A stretch of DNA of 43,301 nucleotides from a virus. A model generated the notes under the pieces. It did no database searches. It was not told the origin of the DNA and saw only the letters and a list, made by a program, of their open reading frames with translations. The stretch lies in IMG/VR virus record IMGVR_UViG_3300025834_000002. One strand, given 5' to 3'. This document shows, in pieces, positions 9,748 to 17,532 of this stretch. Positions within the stretch are counted from its first letter, which is position 1; each line of letters begins with the position of its first letter. The position numbers and the translations under genes are program-made.

Positions 9748-10032
9748 CTATTCAGCTTCAACTTTCAGCATGGAAAGTAAATAAGCTTTCTTCTCAGCTT
9801 CTGACTTACCATTAACTTCAGTCTTTTCAAGCTCAATTTTTCTAGCCTTACACAAAGCAAACAGTTCTTTTGCTGACATATCTTCAATAGCTACTTCTTC
9901 AGTTTCCTCTACTATCTCAGCTATGCCATTTGTTTCCCATCTAACTGCTACTTCTTCTGATACATCAACTACATCACCGATTTTTAAAGCTTTATCATGG
10001 TAAGTATTAACTTTCATTATAACCTGTTTCAT
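9748..10032 (-). CDS. Small acidic head-module protein with HeH/Rho_N-like motif
   Basis: Preferred start is MKQVIMKVN (GGAGG RBS 8 nt upstream). Motif MSAKELFALCKARKIELEK. Confidence 0.6.
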   Translation of the reverse strand: MKQVIMKVNTYHDKALKIGDVVDVSEEVAVRWETNGIAEIVEETEEVAIEDMSAKELFALCKARKIELEKTEVNGKSEAEKKAYLLSMLKVEAE

Positions 10033-10048
10033 ATGCTTATCCTCCAAA

Positions 10049-10065
10049 GGGAGGGTTTACCTCCC
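10049..10065 (-). promoter_or_regulatory. GC stem-loop after the capsid gene, able to pair alternatively with the next gene's SD
   Basis: Minus strand GGGAGG-TAAAC-CCTCCC-TTT-GGAGG. The CCUCCC arm is complementary to both the upstream GGGAGG and the downstream SD. Confidence 0.4.
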
Positions 10066-10093
10066 GCTTCATTTTATTTGTAAAACGATTATA

Positions 10094-11068
10094 TTAAACC
10101 CCAGGAATTAATGCCGAAATTGGGTACCTAGTAGCTGAAGGGTTTAATTTATTAATTGGGTTTGGTACCTGCCAAGCCAATCTTATTACTGCTCTTAATG
10201 CTACCATATCTTGCTGAGCTAAGTTAAAGATGATGGCATTTGTAGCGTCAGTGATAACAGCCTGGTCAAGAATTTTGTAAGTAATATCTTGACGCATAGC
10301 ATATACAACTTGCTTGAAATCACCGCAGAACTGGAGCGCTGAAGTATCAATCATTCCACCATTTCTAGGGAAGAACATTGGTGCCCCATCAAGCTCATAT
10401 TGAGTGTTATCTTGCATAGAGGTTTTGAATAATGGTTGCCCAGTAGTATCTCTTAATCCTCTATACCTAGCTCTCATTTTCATAGCACCAATATGCCCTG
10501 TACACATAAATCCATCATTCTCTACAAGAGAAATAATTCCATTTGTGCCGAGCACATCATTGTAAAGGTCTGAACCAGTACCATTAGTAACAACATTGCC
10601 TGCTGCTACAGCTGCTGCTAGAATATTTAATGGCCACGAAGCAGGAGCATTAGTTCCAAACAGAACCGCCTGGTCAAAAGCTAAACCAAAAGCTTCCATT
10701 ATACGAGGCTTAATTTCACCCCAAATATCATAGTCTGCATCATCTAATACAGCCTCTGGTATTGGAATTATTACTGCAAGCTCTTCTGCATCAAAGTACT
10801 TGTTTGCCCATGACATATCAGAAGTCTGTTTTAATCCCGTATCACCATTTACAAAATAAGCAGTAGGCAATGTGCTGAGAACTGGTATTCTCTGCTGCTT
10901 TCTGCTCATGTTAGCTGCTTTAGTTGCAAGCTGCATCACTGCTGAGTTAACTGGAATACCTTGAATTATTTCTCTTGAAACATCTTCGGGAATTAATGCC
11001 CCCGCATCGGTTCTGTCAATCTGCCCATTATAAGGGAATAACTGCAAGTTCAATCTGTTTGCTTTCAT
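10094..11068 (-). CDS. Major capsid protein (HK97 fold) with NLQLF N-terminal leader
   Basis: ~324 aa after the scaffold gene. Preferred start is MKANRLNLQLF (GGAGG RBS 8 nt upstream; the track's GTG start at 11083 lies inside the SD). Typical capsid-family length and composition. Confidence 0.85.
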   Translation of the reverse strand: MKANRLNLQLFPYNGQIDRTDAGALIPEDVSREIIQGIPVNSAVMQLATKAANMSRKQQRIPVLSTLPTAYFVNGDTGLKQTSDMSWANKYFDAEELAVIIPIPEAVLDDADYDIWGEIKPRIMEAFGLAFDQAVLFGTNAPASWPLNILAAAVAAGNVVTNGTGSDLYNDVLGTNGIISLVENDGFMCTGHIGAMKMRARYRGLRDTTGQPLFKTSMQDNTQYELDGAPMFFPRNGGMIDTSALQFCGDFKQVVYAMRQDITYKILDQAVITDATNAIIFNLAQQDMVALRAVIRLAWQVPNPINKLNPSATRYPISALIPGV

Positions 11069-11099
11069 TTTTTCTACCTCCACATAATATATTTATTTA

Positions 11100-11762
11100 T
11101 TATACTCTTCCTGCTGCCCTACGAATTGCCGAATTCATATCTATAGCCGCTCCACCAGCTGCTCCTTTAGAGTGGTCAGTGCCACCCTTGCCACCTGTGC
11201 CAGCTGCACCAAATAGATATGGTTTAGCTTGCTTGATTCTTGCTATCTCTGCTGCAACACCAGCCACTTCACCACTCTTATTAATTTTCAAGCTTTCTAT
11301 ATCTATAAAAGCCAAGACATCTTTCACATCAATAGCGTCCTTAGCTTCTGCTATAATTGCGCTCTCAATCTTCAATTTGTCCATATCTTTTAACAGACCA
11401 GAATTTTGGTCAATAAGAGTTTGGTAAGTCTTTTGCAACTCTTCATTACCTTTGGCCCCAATTTGCAATGCCAATAGCTGCTTGTTCAAATCTGTTACCT
11501 GAGTTTTAAAACCATCTCTCTGATTAACTACTTCACCTAATCGAGTACTTGGTACGAATTCTGCTTTCTGCTTGTTATTGAGTAGTACATCATAACCAAG
11601 TTCACCTAGCTTAGCGCTAAGGTCAGTGAAACTCTTCTGTGATGCACCATCCTTAAAAGCTTCAACGTTAGCTGCTGCAACCTCTTCCATACTAGCGAAT
11701 AGCTGCAACATCAGAATCTTACCCATTAATACTTTGCTTACTTTTCCCATTTTAATTACCAT
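11100..11762 (-). CDS. Scaffolding protein (GP20-like) with MLQLF leader
   Basis: Coiled-coil-rich 220-aa ORF immediately upstream of the capsid gene. LMLQLF at 11697..11714. True start uncertain (11762, 11750 or 11726). Confidence 0.75.
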   Translation of the reverse strand: MVIKMGKVSKVLMGKILMLQLFASMEEVAAANVEAFKDGASQKSFTDLSAKLGELGYDVLLNNKQKAEFVPSTRLGEVVNQRDGFKTQVTDLNKQLLALQIGAKGNEELQKTYQTLIDQNSGLLKDMDKLKIESAIIAEAKDAIDVKDVLAFIDIESLKINKSGEVAGVAAEIARIKQAKPYLFGAAGTGGKGGTDHSKGAAGGAAIDMNSAIRRAAGRV

Positions 11763-11777
11763 CCTCTCATATTTTAC

Positions 11778-11789
11778 CGCATATGTGCG
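11778..11789 (-). promoter_or_regulatory. Short GC hairpin 15 nt upstream of the scaffold ORF
   Basis: Minus strand CGCA-CATA-TGCG. Confidence 0.3.
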
Positions 11790-11837
11790 TAAAACAAAGC
11801 TTTTAAGGTCATCATGTTTGGACCGAATCTATACAAT

Positions 11838-11860
11838 AAAAAAGGCACCAAATGGCACCT
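11838..11860 (-). terminator. Rho-independent terminator
   Basis: Minus strand AGGTGCC-ATTT-GGTGCCT (7 bp including two G.U pairs) followed by TTTTT. Lies 19 nt after the stop of the 49-aa ORF. Confidence 0.65.
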
Positions 11861-11878
11861 ATTCTAAGGCTATTTTAA

Positions 11879-12028
11879 TTATTCATACCAATACACTACT
11901 AAATAAGTTCCCTCTTCTGTCATTCCTTCAAAATAGAATCTGAAACTTTCATCTGCTTTCTGTTCTGCTGCTGTCCAATCAATCGCTTCTTGCTTTGAAT
12001 TACAACCTCTATACTTAAAATCATGCAT
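11879..12028 (-). CDS. Small hypothetical protein (49 aa, below the ORF-track cutoff)
   Basis: ATG at 12028, translation MHDFKYRGCNSKQEAIDWTAAEQKADESFRFYFEGMTEEGTYLVVYWYE, TAA at 11879. Has its own promoter, GC hairpin and purine-rich RBS upstream and a terminator downstream. Confidence 0.6.
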   Translation of the reverse strand: MHDFKYRGCNSKQEAIDWTAAEQKADESFRFYFEGMTEEGTYLVVYWYE

Positions 12029-12042
12029 TTCTTTTTTCCCCC

Positions 12043-12053
12043 GCGCTCTGCGC
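12043..12053 (-). promoter_or_regulatory. Leader GC hairpin abutting the RBS
   Basis: Minus strand GCGC-AGA-GCGC, 14 nt before the ATG at 12028. Confidence 0.5.
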
Positions 12054-12085
12054 CTCTAATTTGTAAAGTTTAACCTTACTCTATT

Positions 12086-12114
12086 ATTATATCAAACATA
12101 AACCATATTGTAAA
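12086..12114 (-). promoter_or_regulatory. Sigma-A type promoter
   Basis: Minus strand TTTACA-N17-TATAAT (TTTACAatatggtttatgtttgaTATAAT), then N5-AGTAAG. Confidence 0.75.
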
Positions 12115-12212
12115 GAAATATTTTTCAAAATATAAATGAATAAACCTAAATAAACTCAACCCCTATTCTGCAATGTACTTCCAGGCTCCTAGCTGCCATT
12201 TAAGGCTTCATA

Positions 12213-12428
12213 TTATAGCTGCTTGCTTAATATCTCTCTTATCTGCATTTCTATCTTAGTTGTGAGCACCGCATCCTGAAAATACCCCATCTTTAAAAAT
12301 ATATCCGGAGAATTAAAAGGCGTTGCCACCTTAGCACTCATTTCTTTTATATTTACCAGATAGAAAGTAGAATCACGCTTTACTAAGAATTGGTAGTCAC
12401 CTCTCTGAGCTAATATTTTTATATTCAT
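12213..12428 (-). CDS. Hypothetical protein (71 aa)
   Basis: ORF with AGGAGGTGAAATA RBS; own promoter upstream. Confidence 0.6.
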   Translation of the reverse strand: MNIKILAQRGDYQFLVKRDSTFYLVNIKEMSAKVATPFNSPDIFLKMGYFQDAVLTTKIEMQIREILSKQL

Positions 12429-12453
12429 TATTTCACCTCCTATACATAATTTG

Positions 12454-12478
12454 TTTATATACTATCTTTATATACTAT
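12454..12478 (-). repeat. Direct 12-mer repeat (tttatatactat twice, 13-bp period, plus a third partial copy) in a transcribed leader
   Basis: Plus strand 12454..12465 and 12467..12478 are identical. Located between the -10 at 12494 and the RBS at ~12435. Confidence 0.7.
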
Positions 12479-12493
12479 ATACTACTGTTTGTT

Positions 12494-12522
12494 ATTATAT
12501 ACCAAAAGCTGCAATTTGTAAA
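12494..12522 (-). promoter_or_regulatory. Sigma-A type promoter
   Basis: Minus strand TTTACAaattgcagcttttggtaTATAAT (17-nt spacer). Confidence 0.75.
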
Positions 12523-12531
12523 CCTAAATTA

Positions 12532-15036
12532 TTAACTCAATATCTCTTGCATAGCACCACCTACAATCTCCCTTAGCCTTATACCCATTTTCTTTGCTAT
12601 CTCTTTTATTTTGGTGGTAGGTTTATGTCCGCTGGTAAATGTAATTTCATCTACATCGTCTAGCGTTAATCCCCCATGGTACTGCGCTTCCATATAGCTT
12701 ATACTCGAAGTATTGCAAACCATTCCGGGAGTAACCTCACTAACATTACTTATTTTATGCTGAGACTTTAACTCCTTCATAGTAAGGTCTTCTGCTGCAT
12801 ACCTTCTTACATTAACCACTTCGACCTTCTCTAAAGATGAAGCAACATAGGAACCACTCATACCTGGCCCCAAGCTATCATCCATAGTAAATGTAGTTCT
12901 CCTCCTTACATCACTCTTGAACTTTACAACTATATCTCCATAATGGTTCATACCCCTATTAGCTTTCATGTCTTTAAGAACATCCTTCTCACCTAAATAA
13001 CCATAGAATTCATATTGCGTAATATCTGTTGTTTTTGTATCTGTTCCAAATAAATTCTTGCTAGCTTCCTTCCTAGATGATTGGTTAAGTGAACCTTTAG
13101 AAGTATTGGTTTCAAACTGATTTTTAAACTTATTATCATCAAATATCTTAGTAAGTATCTTAGTATCGGGAACCCTTGAGTAAGTATTGGCATTATTAAC
13201 TACAGTTTGCAGTATCATTTTCAATTCATCTTTATTGCCAATATCCTTATACCTACTATCTTTCATAAATTCTTTTATTGTAAGGTCAAGATGTTTAAGA
13301 GTAGGTATCTGACTAATATCGAATGGCTTAGGCTCCCCCTTCTTTCTAAATTTCCACCCTAAGCTCTGCATTGGCTCTGCTGCTTTCAAAAAGGCTCCTG
13401 TATATTTACCAGTTACTACTATCTCTTCCAATGCACCTTTAGGAATCCAGAGCTTCCCACCAAATGTTCTAAAATCTTCCACCTCAAAAAACTCTTGTAC
13501 TTTAGTAACTAACAAACGATTAGGTGAGGAGAATTCTAAATCCTTACCTGCATCCATTGCCACCTTAGCTGCTTCTCTAAATGCATTAAACTTAGAATCG
13601 GCTAACTCATCATTATCGAGAAAACGAGCTTTCAACATACTCGGACTACTTGTATCAATAGCTGTTATACCAAATAGTTTATTAGTAGTCTTGCCCCTAT
13701 ATTCTATAAAAGAATTAGGAACCGCATCTAACTCCATGTCAATTAACACTTCTCTGATTTTAGCGTCTTTAAAATCATCAAGAACAGAGCCCGCTCGAAT
13801 ATCCTCAAACGTTTTAGCTTCTCCGGGAAATATTTTACCCTCAGGCTTTAAAACAGCGACGGGAGTTGGAGGCTTCTTATCAAACTTCTTCACACTCTTA
13901 ATTTTGTGCTTAGGCGGAGCTTCATATTTAAATGGCTTCACTATGCTATCAATTGCACCCCTTGAACTTATTCCTACTCTTGAACTTATATTTTCCCTTG
14001 CATACTTGCGCTTTAAGTTATATAACTCAACCAATTTCCTTTGTTCAGCTTGCCAATGGCGAATCTTAATGTTTGCTCTAGCTTTTGCAGCTGGGTCCAT
14101 TGCTACCGCTTCTACTCGCTTCCATTGGCGAATATGTCGTTCAATTGAGCGCTGTTTCTGAGTAGCTCTATAGAGAAGAGCATCATTAAAGCGCTCGTGC
14201 CTATGGTCAACTAGCTCGCTCTCAAGCTCTTCCATCTCTGGGAAATATGCTGTTACTGTATGCTTGCAATTTGGGTGAAATAAACCTTCTGCCCTTGCAT
14301 CCTGAAGCGCTGTATATTTACTATCTTTACCACTAATACTTAATACTTTTCCTTGCCACCTAGCACATATAGGACATGTTGTACCAATACTGCTCACCAT
14401 AACTAAATCATTACCCATATCTGCTTGCCTATCAATATGCCCTTGTAAAGCAGCATGTGCAGTGGTTGTTCGCACAGCCATCTCTAAATAGCTAGCCATC
14501 TCCCATTTCCTACCTGCTTTATCTACAAAGCCCGTAATTCCTCTTGCTGCTAACCTATTTAATGCATCTTGCGCTACTGCTTGCCTAGTCTCTACACCTA
14601 CTAAAGCGTTTAAGCTCACATCCGATACAATCTGCCTATACACATCCAAGCTATCTCTTAGTATCTGCACGCTTGTACCATCTATTAGGTTATTAGCTTC
14701 TAGCACTGCCCTCTGAACATGATATGGTATCTTATAAGTGAATACAGTGCTAGGAATACCATGGTCCAATTCAGCTGAGCGCAAACCTTTAGTATATGAG
14801 CTTAATATACCTTTTGACATTTTAGCTTTTGCTACTAGAGCTGCACTCTTCATTGTACTACCTAAATCTTTTCTAGTAGCTGTTAGCTGCTGGGCTCGTT
14901 CTTCATAATAACCTTGCTCAGTAATCCCACGCTTAATTCTGCTTGCTACCTTAGCTAACATCTTTGCTTCTGCATCTGAATAAAGTGCAAACACCTCATT
15001 AATTAACTTTTGGTTAAGGTCTGTACTTATTGCCAT
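12532..15036 (-). CDS. Head morphogenesis protein (SPP1 gp7 / Mu F family) fused to a long C-terminal extension ending in a DUF3626-like domain
   Basis: N-terminal third carries the MuF signature TTCPICARWQGKV...GLFHPNCKHT and follows the portal gene. aa ~600-834 carry QFETNTSKGSL, RRRTTFTMDDS and YMEAQYHGGLTLDDVDEITF. Confidence 0.8.
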   Translation of the reverse strand: MAISTDLNQKLINEVFALYSDAEAKMLAKVASRIKRGITEQGYYEERAQQLTATRKDLGSTMKSAALVAKAKMSKGILSSYTKGLRSAELDHGIPSTVFTYKIPYHVQRAVLEANNLIDGTSVQILRDSLDVYRQIVSDVSLNALVGVETRQAVAQDALNRLAARGITGFVDKAGRKWEMASYLEMAVRTTTAHAALQGHIDRQADMGNDLVMVSSIGTTCPICARWQGKVLSISGKDSKYTALQDARAEGLFHPNCKHTVTAYFPEMEELESELVDHRHERFNDALLYRATQKQRSIERHIRQWKRVEAVAMDPAAKARANIKIRHWQAEQRKLVELYNLKRKYARENISSRVGISSRGAIDSIVKPFKYEAPPKHKIKSVKKFDKKPPTPVAVLKPEGKIFPGEAKTFEDIRAGSVLDDFKDAKIREVLIDMELDAVPNSFIEYRGKTTNKLFGITAIDTSSPSMLKARFLDNDELADSKFNAFREAAKVAMDAGKDLEFSSPNRLLVTKVQEFFEVEDFRTFGGKLWIPKGALEEIVVTGKYTGAFLKAAEPMQSLGWKFRKKGEPKPFDISQIPTLKHLDLTIKEFMKDSRYKDIGNKDELKMILQTVVNNANTYSRVPDTKILTKIFDDNKFKNQFETNTSKGSLNQSSRKEASKNLFGTDTKTTDITQYEFYGYLGEKDVLKDMKANRGMNHYGDIVVKFKSDVRRRTTFTMDDSLGPGMSGSYVASSLEKVEVVNVRRYAAEDLTMKELKSQHKISNVSEVTPGMVCNTSSISYMEAQYHGGLTLDDVDEITFTSGHKPTTKIKEIAKKMGIRLREIVGGAMQEILS

Positions 15037-16622
15037 TATTTTTCACCTACACTCTTTGTTCCTTTGTTTGCTTTTGATTTGGCTTCGGCATCTTTCTTTT
15101 CCTCATCTAACTCAAAAGTATCTAAATTCATACCATCCGGATTGCTCATTTCACCAATACCATTTTCTTTATTAATTGCTTCTGCCTCTTTCTTTATCTG
15201 CTCCTCATCCCATTCAGGGTGTATCAATCTTACCTTTGTTTCTGTGCTTGCTGCAATTGCATCACTAATCATTTTTACAGCAGAGGAAACCTCACTTAAT
15301 GAATTAGTTAAACCATCACTAAAGCTTATATTCACTTCACTATCAAGCTCTACCTTACCTTTAAGATTTGTTTTATATATTACCAGCATTAAATATATTA
15401 TTTGCTTTAAAGCTGAACCCCAATAGTTCTGCTTCTTATTTCTTGTAGCTATTGATTTACGCTCTCTTATGTTTAACGCTGTTCCGCTCTCAGCACTGCC
15501 TTGAATATTTAAACCAAAGCTCTGAGGACTATATCCAGCTGAGGTAACTATACGCTCTAAGAAATTAAGCGCTGACTTCTCATATTGGTCTGCTTTTATT
15601 TCAAATTGCTGCAATGTAACTCTACTACCCGAGCCTTCAGATATAGGGTCTATGTCCATCTGTACATAAATCATTTCATCATAGTTATAATGTTTTTTAC
15701 CATCTTTCTTAGCTAAATATGATTCCGGCACTATTACCCTTGGTTGCGCTAGCACTATGTTTCTCACCCAATTGCTGTATATTTCATCTAAACTATCCAT
15801 CATGCCTTCTATTCCACTATAATCTGAGCGCCCTATATAACTATTACGATTTAACCTATTAGGAAGCATATTGGGCACATACACCGCTAGCAGCTCATTC
15901 AAAGGCGTAACAACCTCTGCAATTAACTCTTTTGTTTCATCTATTGCACCTAAATCTACTACATACCCTAAATTGCTTCCAGTACCAAAGTATAAAGTAT
16001 TAATAATCTTACCAAACTCATACCTTTCTAGCAGCCTATAAACCTTATCTGATTCATTACTACTTGCTTTATATTCTGTCCAGAAAGTAACCGCACATAA
16101 CACCCCAAACTTAAATTCTGGGATTGCCCTATCAGCTTGCATTACTACAGGCAGAGGAAACTCACTAAGTTCATCATCCCAACAAATCTTTATATATACT
16201 CCACCCATTGCACTTGCGCTTTCAGCTGCTTCAATTATCTTTCTAAAGAAGTTTACCGAGCTGTCCATTAGCATCTTATCGAGTACCTCCTGCGTTCCCT
16301 TATATCTCGATATGCCTTCTTTTTGCGCTTGCGCTATTCTAATTATTGGGCTCTCAGAAAAGAGTAAATTAGCGCTGGTTTCGGCAATATCTCCAGCTAC
16401 ATTAACATGTGCAAATATTTCACCTTGATTCTTTAATTGTCTGCCCCAGAAGTTTTCATTGTGAAGCGGATATGATAGTCCTAGGTTATTTACATTTGAA
16501 TACAAACTATAATAATTTGCTAATATTTCTGCATCACCTGTATACCATGCACTATGCTCTGACATCTTCCACTCTAGTATTCCCATTGGGGGCCACTGCA
16601 TCTTTTCTTTTATTGCTGCCAT
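15036..16622 (-). CDS. Portal protein (SPP1 gp6-like)
   Basis: 528 aa, between terminase/Prp and MuF. N-terminus WKMSEHSAWYTGDAEILANYY is typical of SPP1-type portals. Acidic C-terminus. Confidence 0.85.
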   Translation of the reverse strand: MAAIKEKMQWPPMGILEWKMSEHSAWYTGDAEILANYYSLYSNVNNLGLSYPLHNENFWGRQLKNQGEIFAHVNVAGDIAETSANLLFSESPIIRIAQAQKEGISRYKGTQEVLDKMLMDSSVNFFRKIIEAAESASAMGGVYIKICWDDELSEFPLPVVMQADRAIPEFKFGVLCAVTFWTEYKASSNESDKVYRLLERYEFGKIINTLYFGTGSNLGYVVDLGAIDETKELIAEVVTPLNELLAVYVPNMLPNRLNRNSYIGRSDYSGIEGMMDSLDEIYSNWVRNIVLAQPRVIVPESYLAKKDGKKHYNYDEMIYVQMDIDPISEGSGSRVTLQQFEIKADQYEKSALNFLERIVTSAGYSPQSFGLNIQGSAESGTALNIRERKSIATRNKKQNYWGSALKQIIYLMLVIYKTNLKGKVELDSEVNISFSDGLTNSLSEVSSAVKMISDAIAASTETKVRLIHPEWDEEQIKKEAEAINKENGIGEMSNPDGMNLDTFELDEEKKDAEAKSKANKGTKSVGEK

Positions 16623-16960
16623 TATAATTCTACCTCCTCTATCATAATATTATTTGGGTACTCTACTGCTAACATATTTAAACTTATTTCACATGCCTTA
16701 AGTATTGCATATCTTATTACTTGCTCAAATGTTGGTAAGTTTAAGTCCCTCACCTCTACATAAGAATTACCTACTTCCATTATTCCTTTAACATCTCTTG
16801 CTCCTATAAGCTCAATCAAGCTATAATACGCGTTCTGTATAGTAATGCTCACTGCACAGCATACTAAATCTGGACATCCCTTTGCTGCATAATCAGCATG
16901 TCCTATTACATCTACTCTCTGAATAATATCCTTCATCTTTACTATCTTAATTTTAATCAC
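16622..16960 (-). CDS. prp: Prp-family cysteine protease (ribosomal-processing protease homologue)
   Basis: IGHADYAAKGCPDLVCCAVS matches the Prp His/Cys dyad region (GHA...D.VCAAVS). ~112 aa, GTG start after a GAAGGGAG RBS. Confidence 0.75.
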   Translation of the reverse strand: MIKIKIVKMKDIIQRVDVIGHADYAAKGCPDLVCCAVSITIQNAYYSLIELIGARDVKGIMEVGNSYVEVRDLNLPTFEQVIRYAILKACEISLNMLAVEYPNNIMIEEVEL

Positions 16961-16980
16961 TTACTTACTCCCTTCACATA

Positions 16981-17004
16981 AAGAAAAAGGAACCGATTGG
17001 CTCC
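16981..17004 (-). terminator. Rho-independent terminator
   Basis: Minus strand GGAGCC-AATC-GGTTCC (one G.U pair) followed by TTTTTCTTT. Lies 19 nt after the stop at 17023. Confidence 0.7.
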
Positions 17005-17022
17005 TCTAATTTAATCTTTTAT

Positions 17023-17283
17023 TTATTTCTTTAAGAATACTTTTATTTGCTTCTCTTCCGCATCTAATTGTTTTAATTGTTTTAAAGTTAAAGGCTTCAA
17101 AGTTCTCATATCTAATTTGGTCATTATCTGATGTTGTATATCAAATAACTTCGCCCATTTCCTCGCTAGCTTATTTGAATACTTTATACAAAATTTATTC
17201 TGTACTTCAGTAAGCTCAAAACCTACATCATTCAATGCTTGACAGCAACCAAATAAATCTTTTTCAAGTAAATGTTTTTTCAT
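17023..17283 (-). CDS. Hypothetical protein (86 aa)
   Basis: Preferred start MKKHLLEK (GGGAGGTAGAGAA RBS); ATGA overlap with the upstream 56-aa ORF. Confidence 0.6.
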   Translation of the reverse strand: MKKHLLEKDLFGCCQALNDVGFELTEVQNKFCIKYSNKLARKWAKLFDIQHQIMTKLDMRTLKPLTLKQLKQLDAEEKQIKVFLKK

Positions 17284-17450
17284 TTCTCTACCTCCCAATA
17301 CTTCAGTAACTCTTCTTCATGAATATCGAATTCGTCTGTTGCATTTGAAGTAACTACCATACTTCCTGACATTCTCAAGAATACTCTTTCCTCTTTACCA
17401 TTTACTATAACATCTCCAGCTTTTAAGTGAATAAACTCTGCATGTTTCAT
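17280..17450 (-). CDS. Small hypothetical protein (56 aa, below the ORF-track cutoff)
   Basis: ATG 17450, translation MKHAEFIHLKAGDVIVNGKEERVFLRMSGSMVVTSNATDEFDIHEEELLKYWEVEK, TGA 17280. RBS GGAAGAGG. Confidence 0.6.
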   Translation of the reverse strand: MKHAEFIHLKAGDVIVNGKEERVFLRMSGSMVVTSNATDEFDIHEEELLKYWEVEK

Positions 17451-17465
17451 TTTGTACCTCTTCCT

Positions 17466-17476
17466 GCGCTCGGCGC
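17466..17476 (-). promoter_or_regulatory. Leader GC hairpin abutting the RBS
   Basis: Minus strand GCGC-CGA-GCGC, 15 nt before the ATG at 17450. Confidence 0.5.
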
Positions 17477-17496
17477 TGTCTATTAATTACTATTTA

Positions 17497-17525
17497 ATAG
17501 TATCATACCATAATTAATATGTAAA
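17497..17525 (-). promoter_or_regulatory. Sigma-A type promoter (extended -10)
   Basis: Minus strand TTTACAtattaattatggtaTGaTACTAT, then N5-AGTAAT. Confidence 0.7.
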
Positions 17526-17532
17526 GAAGTAT

